A stretch of 63,017 nucleotides of DNA, the filler included, from Hausera hauseri (lineage: Eukaryota): NCBI GenBank assembly GCA_046269625.1. It is 13 parts of 13 records of this genome, joined end to end, with 100 filler letters (N's around TTAATTAATTAA, not from the genome) between each part and the next. Parts side by side here need not be neighbours in the genome. Positions count along the whole stretch, not along the records: positions 21,176 to 26,154 come from JBJURY010372259.1; positions 26,255 to 31,790 come from JBJURY010234629.1; positions 31,891 to 36,207 come from JBJURY010638775.1; positions 36,308 to 41,358 come from JBJURY010351046.1; 9 more parts are not named here. One strand, 5' to 3'. The translations under genes and the position numbers were made by a program. This document shows, piece after piece, positions 25,880 through 39,300 of the stretch. Within the stretch, counting starts at the first letter, position 1; the number at the start of each line of letters is the position of its first letter. The notes under the pieces are model-generated. The model was not told where the DNA came from. It made no database searches and saw only the letters and a program-made list of their open reading frames with translations.

Positions 25880-26154
25880 CACGCATCACGTGATCCGCCC
25901 ACGCGTCACGTGATTGGTCAAGTGATCCGCCTACACGTCACGTAATATCCGCCCACGCGGCACGTGATTGGTCACGCGATGCGTGCGAAAAGTCACCAGA
26001 CATTTGTTATTCTCACGCGACATTGTCCATTATCACGTGACATTGTCTAGACTCACACGTGACATTGTCTAGACTCACACGTGACATTGTTTAGACTCAC
26101 ACGTGACATTGTCTAGACTCACGTGACATTGTCTAGACTCACTTTACATTGTCT
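25880..26154. repeat. CACGTG-rich short repeats and 22-bp tandem repeat (GTGACATTGTCTAGACTCACAC), possibly a subterminal region of a DNA element
   Basis: CCGCCCACGCGTCACGTGAT-like units about 4 times, then about 5 copies of the 22/20-bp unit running into the gap. Confidence 0.8.
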
Positions 26155-26289
26155 NNNNNNNNNNNNNNNNNNNNNNNNNNNNNNNNNNNNNNNNNNNNTT
26201 AATTAATTAANNNNNNNNNNNNNNNNNNNNNNNNNNNNNNNNNNNNNNNNNNNNGATTATAAGGACTTTTTTTAAAGTCACTGCTTAAA

Positions 26290-26490
26290 TGCTTTGCGAC
26301 ACATACGGATATGGCGTAACACCATAGTCTCTTGTAGCCAAAAGGCCCATGAAAGGAATTCGTGGCTAGCTCCATGACTGATATTCTTTGAAGGAGAAAC
26401 CATCCTAGGTGCAGCTACCTGTCTGGATTTGAACCTCGGACCTTCGCATGGGTACATTCAGTGCCTAACTATTCAGCGAATTTCGCACCA
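26290..26490 (-). mobile_element. tRNA-derived SINE head (degenerate)
   Basis: Minus strand has a tRNA-like GCTGAATAGTTAGGC...GGTTCAAATCC (B box) without an intact cloverleaf. Confidence 0.5.
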
Positions 26491-27439
26491 ACTTAAATAA
26501 CAATAAATTTTTTCAGTGCCTATTAACTTTTGGCTGCGTAGTTACAGTATGATTGTTTTGGTTGATAACATTCTGCGTCCGGCATCATCGCTTATTACTA
26601 GTGTCAGTAGTAGTGCAAAGTCATCAAAATTAAAGTATCACGCTTGTTGATTCATCTCCCAAATGCATAATAGAAAATGTGCATTGCTTTTACACCCTTG
26701 TAAAATCAAATAGGTGTTATGAATTGGCAATGTTTATTTACCAATTTTTAAACATACTGATCAAATGATATTTATCACACATCAGATAATAGTGAATTTA
26801 TTGCACGCCATTCGTAATTAACCATACCATGCATTGCGTCCTCATTTGGGGTCATTTACTAAAGAATCTGTATTTTTAGTAATTTTCTAGAATATTATTT
26901 TTTACTGCGTAATGCCTTCATATGGGATATATGTAGTCAACAGATGGCCATATGCGGTTGAACAAGAGTTTTGTAATTTGGCAGTTAGTGATATTCGTTT
27001 GTTTATCCTATAAATGTGAATAATATTTATGCATGAGAGGGTTAAACTGTTATTTTTTGCTCGGCATGAAATCATTTTTGCTTTAACCTGGTATTGAATT
27101 AATATCACTCCCGATCATGTCTCGTAGTTGTGTCCTTTGAGTCGAAATAACTAAAGGTTCAATTTTTCCCAATACCAATTTTTATCTATCATTAACTGGG
27201 GTATTGAGATTCTTACTGAGTCTATTTTTACCATGCACGATTTTGTTTGTCAACAACGTTACAGGATCGTTAATCTGAACGGTGGTCGCCTTGAAAGATA
27301 GCTGAACTTGAACACTAACGTTATTACTTCAGTGTCTAATATCTTTTGCCAATCAATATGTTTTGCCAATCTTATTTTCCTTTGAAATCGTTTATTTTAG
27401 TTTTCATAGGTCAAGCTCTGTTTAAATGTTTCTGGAAGA

Positions 27440-27720
27440 ATCATTATATTATCATTATCATTCTTTATGGAGTGGAAGCCCGCGCTTTCTGAATCAGAGC
27501 CTTCTTCGGGTAAACAATCACAAAAATAGTTCTTCCTTGTATTACACCGTGATCTGCAGGTTGTATCAAAAGTCGTATTGTCAGGTAAATTTTCACATTA
27601 ATATTATTTGGTTCAATCTTCAGATTATGATGTGAGGCGCTATCAACTATCATAACCACTTTTCGCTCTTGTGACCGAAAATTTCCACCTATAGTAATTT
27701 ATTTAAATCCATTTTTTATT
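27440..27720 (-). mobile_element. pogo/Tigger-type DDE transposase fragment
   Basis: MIVDSASHHNL..NNINVKIYL..LIQPADHGVIQ resembles the pogo DNxxxH...LQPxDQGxI motifs. Confidence 0.65.
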
Positions 27721-27739
27721 CTTCATCCAAGTGTTTGGG

Positions 27740-30330
27740 TTACTGAAGTATGGCAAAGGAAGTTGGGCCGCACATTAGCTTCTTGAATTTCCCATTTTGT
27801 GTCTTTTTGTTGTCTGTTTCATGCCTTGTGTGAACTGAAGCCTTATATTCCATATCCACTTCCAATATGTAACCCGTTTCTCCATTGGGATCCAGGTCTT
27901 GTATTCTGATGTCTTCAGGATGCTCCACTCATTTGAAATTATCATATGACAATGGAACGCTCATTGCCCAGCCATACACGTTGTTGGCATCCAAGTATGT
28001 TATATATTTGGATGGCTTTTATGGTTCATAATCTGCCATATATTTGTTGTTGGCCTCACTATATCTGAGAATGACTTGAAAGATTTCACCCCGTATTTCT
28101 TTTTCGATCATCAGGCTGATGTTTTAATCTTTCAAGACCTGGAGTCGAACACCTGTATATTCCTGGAGCTGTGAAAAAATGAGCTTGATCCAACTTGTGG
28201 CTCTGAAGCATCACTTCTCTGAAACTCTTGAATACGTCTGTTAGCGGCAGCACATCCGTTTGGAGATATGTCACTATAATCTCCGGTTGTCCTGCATTGG
28301 AATGTCTTCCAGATCTTTTGTTCATGCTTATAATCAGCATCACTAATATGTGTCTGACAGCTTGCCATAAAAATCCTCCTTGTATAGTAATGATATTTCA
28401 TCCAGCGATCCCCATGGTGTTATGTAATAATAAATGAAAACTCCTTTTATTTGACCAAGTCAAATGTACCTGGAAAGAACTTCTTTGTTTTCTTTAGTTC
28501 ATCTGATGGAAAATTCTTTACGAGGCTATCAAAAGATGAACTCATTAAACGAAACTGTTAATGAATCGGAGTATTATGTTTCCCGCATGCTTGGTGAATG
28601 TGACATATTTCTCCTTATTGTTTGAGATGACATCAATATTCCTATAGATATTGCCAAGTTCTATGACTTTGATGTGGAAATCGTTGCCACTGAGACAGTG
28701 GAAGATGAAGGGCACAAATGTTGCAGTCCTAAAGCATAAATTGCATGAATTGAATGCTACACCTCTATATTTACCTGTTACATGGCAGTCATCATGAGAC
28801 TTGTAGTTTTCCATTGTAAATGGTTTGAAACACATGTAACATGTTGTTGCACTTCTCCATTCACCTTTTCCTTTTGATGATATCACCATACTTTTAGGCT
28901 TCATTTTTTCGATCTTATGTGCCGATTCTTCCAGTCTCTCCAAAAAATGATGTGCTGCATTTGAATTCATAAATAAATATGGAACCTCGTCCATTCGCTT
29001 TGCGTACATGCAAAAGGATTACGGCTAATTACGTTTGTATGCTGTCGTATTTTTTTGTTGAGGATTTGGACTGCAACGATGAATTGGATTAAGGATAGCC
29101 TAAAAGTCACAATATTCGACAATTGGCACTTTATGAATTTTCTCATATTCTTTGAATTTAATATAATCTTTTTTGTAGAATTTCGTTCTGATGCAATGAT
29201 TGCTGTTGCAATACATTTTTTGTTCTTCAAGCCTCTGCACAGCCAGATTACCGCTGTAGTAGGATAAGCATCGTTTGCAGATTTCAGTTTTGGTAGTATG
29301 CTTTGTTATTTGGGATCTCATTAGACTTTCAAAGTTTTTTGTCCAAACAAAATGTCTCTTTTCACCATCGTCTAGCAGGAGCAGATCCCTATGATCACCT
29401 AATTCCACTTTTCACACTTTTATAGGATACAATTTATTCGTTTTTTCCACTCCAAAGATATTCATGGACATCTGGTTCACTTGTTCAAATCTTTCGATTC
29501 ATGTTTTGTAATTAAAATCGTAATTATGTTGAATATCTTGATATATTGAAACACGTGAAGCATGCTTTTGATCCTTTATGACTGCGAATTTTGAAAGAAT
29601 AAATATTTGAAGCATATGTTTTTGTCATTTTGAACATTGACACATGCCTCTTTCAGTGCAATCCATTTCAAAAGCTTTATATAATAGCTTCCTCGCATCG
29701 GGGAGAACTTGTGCACATGCACAATCAATTTATTCATTTGTGCAAGAGTCCAGCCGCTCTACTTATTCTGGCTTTCATCAGCTTCACGTATTAGTTTTGC
29801 ATGTTCCTCATGCAAACATTCTGATATATTGTTGGCTTCTAATATTGGCATGTTCTTCGTTTTGAAAGCCCTATTTGATTCTTCGTCATCAACATTAGTA
29901 AATATGGACTCTAATATTAGATTGGCTTTGACTGCTTTAAGCTCAATCAAGTTATCGTGTAGAAATCTAGCAGTTTCAATCTTTGATTAATCCAGAAAAT
30001 CATGAAGTGTAGTTCGCCCTGTTGCAACTATGACATATCGTCTCACTTTTGTTTTGAATACATGATTCTCTGGATTTCGGAACCTTTGCCATTTTGATGA
30101 AGCAATGGGATTGTTTGTGATCCATTTTAATCCCGTGTGAACAACTGGTGCTGAGGTTGTTACAGGATTTGATACATGTTGAGAAATTATATCAGTATGT
30201 TCATTAAAAATCATCTTCTTTGACTTGGATGTGAAACCATACAAATGAGCTTTATGATCATCACAAAACTGCTGCTAATCTGATCTGCTCACAATTTCAC
30301 ATCTTGGACAGTCTGTGGAATCTGTATTCA
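27740..30330 (-). pseudogene. Protein-primed family B DNA polymerase of a Maverick/Polinton, disrupted and 3'-truncated
   Basis: Motifs in order: KANLILES..AFKTKN; CKRCLSY; EYCDF (Exo I); DDCHVTGKYRGVAFNSCNL; FHCLSGNDFH; LRFINS; YLQTDVLPLTDVFKSFR; ANNKYM; YLDANNVYGWAMS (Pol motif A); GYILEVDMEY. Confidence 0.9.
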
Positions 30331-31029
30331 TGTCGCTGAAATGTACTGTGGCAGTTCTGAGGAATGTGTACACTGGATGCACAATCACTGTACAAATTAC
30401 ATTTGAAATTCTAAAATAAGTATTAGTCAGGACAGCATAATCAAAAATTCACCATTCGTGGGACAAAAGTCATGGTAGATTTATTTTTGTTGAATATTTC
30501 TTTCTTGTCTGTTTCATACGAAGATAGATTATGTTTATGTATATCATAGAAATCTTCATAGCTGCTTCTGTTAACTGCCTCACATGTTGGACATAAAATA
30601 TTCGCATCTATTGAAACTGTGACTGAAATATGGTTTCATTACCTTGTGATAATTCTGTTCATCATCGTGAACATTTGCCAAGCAGTTGATATAGAATTTG
30701 CTATTCTAAATAAAAGGTTAATTTTCAAGAGAGAAATTTTAAATCTCATCATTTACTGAAATGATTTTTGAAATAATGAAAAATATAACCATGTCAACGC
30801 ACACTGTCTCTTTCATCGATTTTTTAAATCAAAAATTGAATTTATTGATTTTTAATTAAGTTTCAAATTTGAATTTCAAATTTATTGATTTTCGAATATT
30901 CCGGAACAAAATTAAAATTCGATTTAATGAATCAGTTACATGAATTTCACCGCGTCACATTTAAAATTTCATTAAGTATGGGAAATCTAATAGACTGGTC
31001 AAATGATTCGAATAATTTACGCCTGACCG

Positions 31030-31430
31030 AGTTTTCGAATTCGAATATCTAAATATTGGATTCGGAAAGTTGTATTCGAATATCTGGCATCATATTCCGA
31101 TTCCTCATGTATGATTTCCTATCTGTCTACGCTTAAAGATTTTTCGATTTCTGCTTTATTGAGCATAAAATGTGCATTTTGCTTAATTCGATTTACTGAT
31201 TTTATAACTAGTACAATTTCATCGAATAATTTAAATGGTTATAGGGGTTTTAGCACATGGATAATGCAATGACGCCATCAGATTTTTCGAATATTGCTTA
31301 GTTCGATATTCGGTCAAAAATTTTTTCAAATTCGAATAGCTTACTTCATATTCGGAATCTCCATACATGGTTTCCTATCTGTCCCTGCTCAATGTATTAT
31401 CGAATTTTGCTTCCTTAGGGCCAAAAAGAC
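31030..31430. repeat. Two diverged direct repeats about 290 bp apart
   Basis: TTCGAATA...CATATTC...TG.TTTCCTATCTGTC...CGA.TT.TGCTT appears near 31075 and 31330. Confidence 0.5.
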
Positions 31431-32659
31431 CTATGTACCTTCTCCCCACTAACCTCTTCGAGTCGATATTATTCGAAAACCACTCGATCTATTTAAATTC
31501 TAATTGCACACTTGTATAGTGTACCGTTTTTCTAATGGGTTGCACCCGGTGCCATGTGCTAATCATAAATATTGAAATTGTTGAAAAACCTATATTGATT
31601 TGAGCCCATTTGCACATGTGCACCTTCACTGTACTGTGCGCAAAACGATGTGCACTAATGTGTACTACAGATTGGCACTTAGCCCTATCGATTAGATCAA
31701 TACTGCACTGTGCAACGATCAATATGTGCAAAGTGCAAAAGTGTCATGGCAACTGTGCATAAAGGCACGTCGCCATTCACGTGCCGATCGNNNNNNNNNN
31801 NNNNNNNNNNNNNNNNNNNNNNNNNNNNNNNNNNTTAATTAATTAANNNNNNNNNNNNNNNNNNNNNNNNNNNNNNNNNNNNNNNNNNNNGACGACGAAC
31901 TTATACTTACACAGGTTGTGATCCAATATCCCGAAACTACATTATTACCAATCGAAAATCCAATGATTATTCCGGAAATGAATATTCCCCCAGGTTCCAT
32001 AGTATACGGCAAACCCCCCAAATGAACCCAAACTACAAATGACTGATTCAGCACCTAATGAAGTATGGAATGCCTTATGAAAATATGATTCACTACCATT
32101 AAATAGACGAGTAGAATGCGTACCATTACTCCTGCCACTAACAAAGGACGACGTATTCTGCTTTTCAACAGCAAGAAAGTTACTTAAAACTCTTGTAAGA
32201 GAATTAAGAAGAAAACATAGGCGAAAACAACCATATATATTAAGTAGAGATTAAAACCAATAAGCGGGAAAAAGTAATCAAAGTAACAGCAGGAATGTTC
32301 ATTAAATTTACGGATCTCAAAAGAAAAGTATTAGATGAATTAGATCTAGATTACGGACTCCTTACCGGAAAGATTCATCAGATTACTATGGAATTTGGCA
32401 CTAAGAAAAAAGAAGGAAGACCAAGAAAGTGTGATTTTAACCCAATAAACGATGATGAAGAAAATCCCAAAGAAGAAAAATCAGAAAGGCAAAGAAAGAA
32501 AAGATCTTTGTTGAGAAAACGTAGGGAACAACGAGAAATGTTAGAAGATATATTATACGACAATTTCCAGAAATTTACTATTAGTAATGATGAAAATAAA
32601 CAAACAAAAATCCTGTTACGGGAACTTCGGATCAAAGTGAAACAGATGTACCAAAGGTA

Positions 32660-33050
32660 ATATTGACAACTGATAAACTCCTAGAACAATTAATTAAGAA
32701 AACTAATCGAAATCTACTCAAGAAGATACCAACAATTACAATAATTCCATTACAATCCATAAGAGAAACTGCGAGAAATTTCTAATCGCAAATTACGAGA
32801 TTGCTACAGAAGTATAAGCTGAAAAGAGGTTTAAATAAAGCATTGACACGATTATTAAAGGAATGTGATCAAAACCGATTGTTAATGGCACCAAGATGCA
32901 TAGTGGTTAGCTTCAAAAACCAAACAGAGATCGATGCCAAGTTACTCCATATAGTAAGAGATTTAGTCCATCATATGCATAAGTCAACAAAAGAATGGGT
33001 AACCAAACAAGGAGGTTGGGATGAAATACTCAAGAAATTTAACCCCACTA
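32660..33050 (+). pseudogene. Bcl-2-like domain upstream of Env in a Gypsy-type element (degenerate copy)
   Basis: BH2-like HMHKSTKEWVTKQGGWDEILKKFNP (W...GGW at 32996-33019); BH3-like LQSIRETARNF; in frame with the signal sequence and AYDC. Confidence 0.7.
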
Positions 33051-33069
33051 CATTAATATACCACAAATA

Positions 33070-36000
33070 TACGAATATCTCAGATTGGGTAGTACAAATT
33101 ATTCACCTGCTACTATACTTGATAGCTGTGAGTATTCTGAAAACCACAAAAGCGTTAGAAGCCTATGATTGTTCCAAACCGGAAATAACAGCCCGGCTTT
33201 CACTAGTGGATGTAGGCAAATGTTAAAACGCGAATCCGATATCTGTAAAGAAAGAAGGTCCTTACTATTACAGCCTGTATCAAAGAATCAGTTATCAACA
33301 AATGCCAGTAAAGGAATGTCAACTTAATAAAGTAGTATTCGCTCATAACTGAGGCCATAATTCATGGAATTCAGAAATTATTTTACCAGTGCTACCTAAG
33401 CCCGTGACAATAACAGTTGAAAATTGTCGAAAAGCCACTGATTCAATTCATGTAGGCCTCCAACAGCCAGTACAGGCAGGCATAGGAAAACTAGTTTATT
33501 CACGTATAGTTACAGCAGGACAAATATGGCCCGGATATGGTGGAGCTTGTAAAGGAGAAAGTATGACGATAAATAGACAGAAAGAATCCGCTGCAGTACA
33601 AATAGAAGATTTTACCGTCACCATAAAGGAATATGAAGTAAATTTCGATGCAATCACAGGAAAAATGTTAACTGCACCATCCTGTACATATTCCGATGGA
33701 GTAAGTACCTTAGGAGAATCCACCCTAGTTTGGGAAAAACGGTCGTAATATGTCCATTAGCTTTCCTTAAACAAGTATCTATGTACGAAATACAAGGTGA
33801 TTTATATTACGAAGATGAATACCAAGAACTTGTACATAACCATAATATAAGTTTACCTACCCCACGAACATTAAAACACACCATTTCCCTAAAAGTTTTA
33901 ATGTCATCCAGTGACAAAGATGGAATCGTATTGGCACGTAAAGGAGCCGTATCTACCTGTGGATCAAATGCAGTTTACTCCACATCATACGAGGATCTAT
34001 TCGTAATCAACATAACTATTGCAAATGCAGGAAAGCTACCAACCGAAGATATAAAGTAATACCTATATACGAATAACAAGATAGATTATATATCATATCG
34101 AATTGTACAATATTATGGCATTGAGAGATTGTAAAATCACTCAAAAACTGAATCAGCATGACTTGATACTAGCTAGGGAATTCCCAGAAGATATTGCCTT
34201 AATTATGGGATATCGCTCGGAACATTTGGTAGAGTACAAGGTGAAATACTCCGCGTGTATCAATGCCCTCCAATAGAGGTAACTCCAATAACAACCCTAA
34301 AAGAAAATTGTACAAATGAATTAATGGTTCATTATAACGATAAAAACATAATTAAAACCGGATACGTGGACCCTGTTACTCGAAAGTTATTGTTACCTGT
34401 GGTGCCGCGGACTCGAGCGTCACCACGGTCGAACTGCATCGGGACAGCATCGTTCGAAAGAATTTTGATGGTTTTACGGAGATTTGCTCAAAAAATGTGT
34501 CCAACCTACTCCAAAATTCTTTCAATACAAAAATTCTCGATGAAATTCGTTGTTTCAAATCAAGCTGCCTGTGATTTGAGCCGTGTCGTGTGCATATCAA
34601 ACCATCAGTCAATTTTAAAAATACAAAGACGTGTACTACTCAACTAGCTGCACCATTAACACAATTTGAAAGAAATGTTCGGTAATATCCGACAAATTAC
34701 CGCAACTCGTTGACCACTTCTGGCAGTTTGTTTAATCATGGTATCAGACACAATGATATTTGACCTATTAATCGATTTTGATAGTCGAGACACCAAAACC
34801 TTAATGGTGGTGAATCATTTATAATTAAATTCTAATCCTGCAATAATGCCTTTTTGAAAAATTTAGAGTTTGATATGATAAATTTTAAAACTTTTTACAG
34901 TTGTGCTAAATAATTCGAATTAAAAAATATTGTTGGATAAAAAGAGAAGAAAAATTTCAAGAATCGAAACTAAATACGAAGCCATTCAAAAATCAGCAGT
35001 GGTAAAGCCACGTAGAAACAGATTGGCGGTGGATTTCGAAAAATTTACAGGAAAGCCTTTATATTTTATCCACATTGATTTCAAGATTTCTCTACCTATA
35101 ATTAAGTGGCTAATGATCAGAAAATAGAGCAGTTCAATTTGAATTGAACCTAGACTGAGTCACTCAACGAAACGTGTTTTACCATTTTTAAATTCCGCGT
35201 AACTTCCATTTACAATCTTATGACTATGATTTATCTGTAAGTGAATATGGGATTCAAATTTCTTTGGTGTGAACAGTTGTCTCAATTTATATATAATTAC
35301 AGTAAAATCGGATCTTCAACAACTGCAATGTTTATTTAAACTAGTTTTCAATGAACAAGAGAGACACGTCCAACGAATTTTAAACTTGACAACAGGAAAA
35401 ATTACGAATTTGAAAAAAAAATTTCTGAAACCAAAAGCCATGAAAAGTAATTTTTGGTAAGGTCTACGCCGACAGGACCAATGAAGGTAAAACATTACTT
35501 TTTTGAATACAGAGTAATATTGTTTTTTACATGGAATTAAAATGCAGAGAAATCAACAAAATAGAAATTGATAATTAATAATTACAGTTGTTGGTTGATA
35601 CAGTTTGAATAAATGATTGTTGACAGGTTTTCTGATTTTGTTGCTTGCTGGATTAATTTGTACAATTTGGATTTACATTACCTACTGAAATCAGTATTGC
35701 ACCATGTTATAAAGACTTCTATCCAGCCTTCAAGCTTAACAATGGATGATTGACCAAGACACGCCAACCAACCATGATGAACATCCCACAGACGATTAAA
35801 TTATTATCGTTGGATAAAGGTATGCAATTTAAAGTAAATATAGAACTTCCCACCAGTGGATTATATTTCTTGAAAGACCTGAAAGCAGTAAGAAAACAGG
35901 TATTATTTCAGAATGTCCGAAAAAAAGTTATCACAGAATTTGTATATACTGTTACAAAAGGATCAAATTGTGTACCTAATTATGGAATATTACTGCCAAT

Positions 36001-36207
36001 CGACCACTTAGAGAAAACAGCTGAAAAGGTCCTTTTTGACTTCTAAAATAGATTCCTTATTTTTGGTCAAGTTATATATGGAGTCTTCGGTATATCTGTT
36101 ATAATTACTACCGTAATGGTCATATTAAGACAAATAGGAGCTGCAAGAAATATAAAGAAAGTACGTGGTTGTACATGGTAAATTATGCTGGGATGCTTTC
36201 CTTCAAT
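33070..36207 (+). pseudogene. Chuvirus-like envelope glycoprotein, disrupted and split by a solo LTR
   Basis: Signal-like WVVQIIHLLLYLIAVSILKTTKA then LEAYDCSKP..LSLVDVGKC; G.CKG; CTNELMV..YVDPVTRKL; C-terminal RFLIFGQVIYGVFGISVIITTVMVIL..GCTW. Collinear with the intact copy at 59326-61170. Confidence 0.85.
34398..35677. mobile_element. Solo LTR-like insertion (1,280 bp) with 5-bp TSD TTACC
   Basis: Ends TGT...ACA; TTACC at 34393-34397 and 35678-35682; removing it restores Env as ...VTRKLLLPTEISIAPC. Confidence 0.85.
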
Positions 36208-36307
36208 NNNNNNNNNNNNNNNNNNNNNNNNNNNNNNNNNNNNNNNNNNNNTTAATTAATTAANNNNNNNNNNNNNNNNNNNNNNNNNNNNNNNNNNNNN
36301 NNNNNNN

Positions 36308-39300
36308 GTAATAGAACAATCCACACCGACGATATTAATATCAGACATGCACGGGTTAAAATGTATTAGAAAGGATATGTCATCACGCTGCGATGTAGTT
36401 ATGTATACCACTAACTACGAAGCATTCTTTGTAGCAGAAACAGAAATCGATATGAAAACGTACGATTTAAAAACACAAGATGTGCGGATCGAGGATTACC
36501 TCGAAAACCGAGACGATTATTTATATTACAAAGGGCAGATCGGAATAGCGGAAATATACTACAAAATGATAAAAAATGACTGCAGATTATATACTGAAGT
36601 CATGAGAACCAAACTGGCTTTAATTTACACCAATCCAGAATTGGCATCACCGATTATACCAATGAAAGACGGTGTTTTCCGACAGGTTACCGGAGAAGTC
36701 CTATTAACCTAAGAATGCGAAATAAAAGACGTGCCGATCAACGTAGACGAAAAGAGATGTATGCAAGAATTGCCGGTCAATTACGAGAATATGCCAAGGC
36801 TAGCAGTGCTACTCACCAGAGTATTACTGGAAAATTCGACTGAACCGACAATACTGAAGCAATGCAAGACGAGTCTGGGGGAACCAATATTTAGACGCAG
36901 TGGAGCCGACTGGATAAGCCTATTAAATAGAGGTACGGCTGCAGCCCCTAGTAATCTAACGGCGACAAATCTAATGAAAGGATTATCGGATGATAAATTC
37001 GAATATACAACTAATAAAGGAATTTATAGGCCAAAAGACATAAAAACTTTTAGGCAATTTTTAGCATTTTCGCGACTGCGGACGTATGAACTGAATCGGG
37101 CCATGTCAATGGTCATGGATGACACCCGCTTTCAAGCGAAATGGGAATCGTTACTTGGTGCTAATCACTATCAAACATTTGAGGAAGATTTCTGATTTTC
37201 AAACAAGCCACATCTGGATTCTTAGCCATCTAGTTTTTAGTCCAGCCATCATCAACGGCTATGAAATATTCACATTAACATGATTTTCCTGAAAAATTTT
37301 AACTGCAATTATATCACCCTTCAGGAAAATGCTAAAGGTCTATGAGGAAAATCGATGGAAAAATGACGTAAAACGCCATGTGGGGTACTATAATTGCAAA
37401 CGACGAGGAAAGCCCTCGATTTTGTATAGACGTAAAAATAAGAAAACAGTAATACGAAAGGATGATTCAGATGATGACGTGCCTAAGGGAGTAGAAGTGA
37501 GTTTCAGAATGAAGATGAACAAGATATACTCAATGTTTATCTCGCCATTACCCATCATGCCACCAACAGCACCGATATATGAAGACGGCGACTACAAATA
37601 AATCGTATCATGTAAGTCCAAAATCTATCAAAAGCCCATTAATTATGAAGATTCTTATGAAAAAACAAAACAATACGGAGTACTACGGAAAATGAATGTT
37701 ATCAACCGAAGACGAACAGAAAACGATCACGAAATATTGTACTTAAAAAGGATACCACGTCACATAGAATCGAAATCAGCGATCTTGAAAAACCCGAAAC
37801 TGTTTGATCTCGGATTCACTACCTTAGGAACTGCTCATTGACAGTCGCGTCAGTGAGATAGCAAATAATTTATACCCGAACGGAGAATTAAGACAGTTAA
37901 GAGAAAATATCCTCTCAGCACCATAAATAACAATAAATGGACACAGAGTCTCTATTATGAAACAGTCAAAGATAGCTACGGAACAGTAGCAGAAGGGAGA
38001 CCTTTCGCGAAAATACACATCAAAGATTAAAAAGTGTAATCATTAATTGACAGAGGATTATAGAAGTCTTTTATAAAATACGAATCAATACCAACCACAT
38101 TGCGAGAACAATTATGCCCACCGCTATCGTTGGATCTTGGTAGCATAGAAGCATTTGGACAAATATAGAAGTCAAAATTTAAATGGACTCCCACTGTTAT
38201 TATGATGAGTCAAGCACTTCAACATGAATTTGCGATAATGGGCCAGTTAACAGATGATGTAGTGCTAGGTTGTTATATATTGAAACAGATACCAGGCATA
38301 GCAATCGATATGCATAACGGAAACCTAATTAAGCTCGAACGAATGAAAAGAAAAAACGTAATAAAGGAAAGGAAATCGGGCGAAGTATGGATTCCGGTAG
38401 ATAAAGACATTCCTCTCAGAATCGAAATGATAATCATCGCAAAAATTCGATAGGACAAAAATCTGTCGGTATACTTCGAGCCTCAAGAGAATATCGATCC
38501 AAACTTTATCTTTAGCAATATTCTATGTAGAGTAGTGACGGGACGAATACCAATCAGATTAGTGAATAATGCACCAATTTCCGTAAGATTGTATGCTAAC
38601 ACTACTCTGGGTCATACTCACAGAGCATCGGCGGTAACAGTAGAGGAAAAACTATACAAATGTGCTGAATTTCCACCTCACGTTGAAACCAAATTTTTTC
38701 CTGAGGCGTATGGAAAGTTCTACGAATTACTATGTAAATACCGTTTAATAATCGCACAAAATGAGGAAAACATAGGCAGAGCAAAACCTTGATATTAACA
38801 ATCTCATTAAGAGAAAACCCGGTTCGAGTGATGAAATTGGTTTAGAAGAACAGAAAATGCCCAAATGTTACCCACCTCCCCATTCATTAAGACCATAAAT
38901 AACTAAAGAGGTAGAGCGAATGTTAAAGTCCGATATAATTTGACCAAGTTACTGATCATGGTACTTACCTATTCTTATGATTAAAAAGAAAGGAACTACA
39001 AAACATCGATTTTGTATAGACTATCGGGCATTAAACACGATGATAATGAAAGACTCGTTTCCATTACCGTCAGTAAAGAAAGCTTTAGATAGACTATCAG
39101 GAGCAAAATGGTTTACCACTCTCGATTTACAATCGGGATACTGGCAAGTGGAAATCAAAGAATAAGATCGATATAAGATAGCATTTAAAACACACGATGG
39201 CGTATATGAATTTAATGTTATGCCCTTCGGCATCACCACCGGATAAGCTATTTTTACTAGAATGATATATAAAATACTTATGGGATTTGAGCATGACTTC

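Noticed and set aside
26400-26490. Possible tRNA gene
   Set aside because: B box is present but no convincing cloverleaf; better explained as a SINE head.
36208-36307. Joining 31891-36207 and 36308-41358 into one element
   Set aside because: Both contigs contain the same C-terminal Env region in diverged form, so they are different copies.
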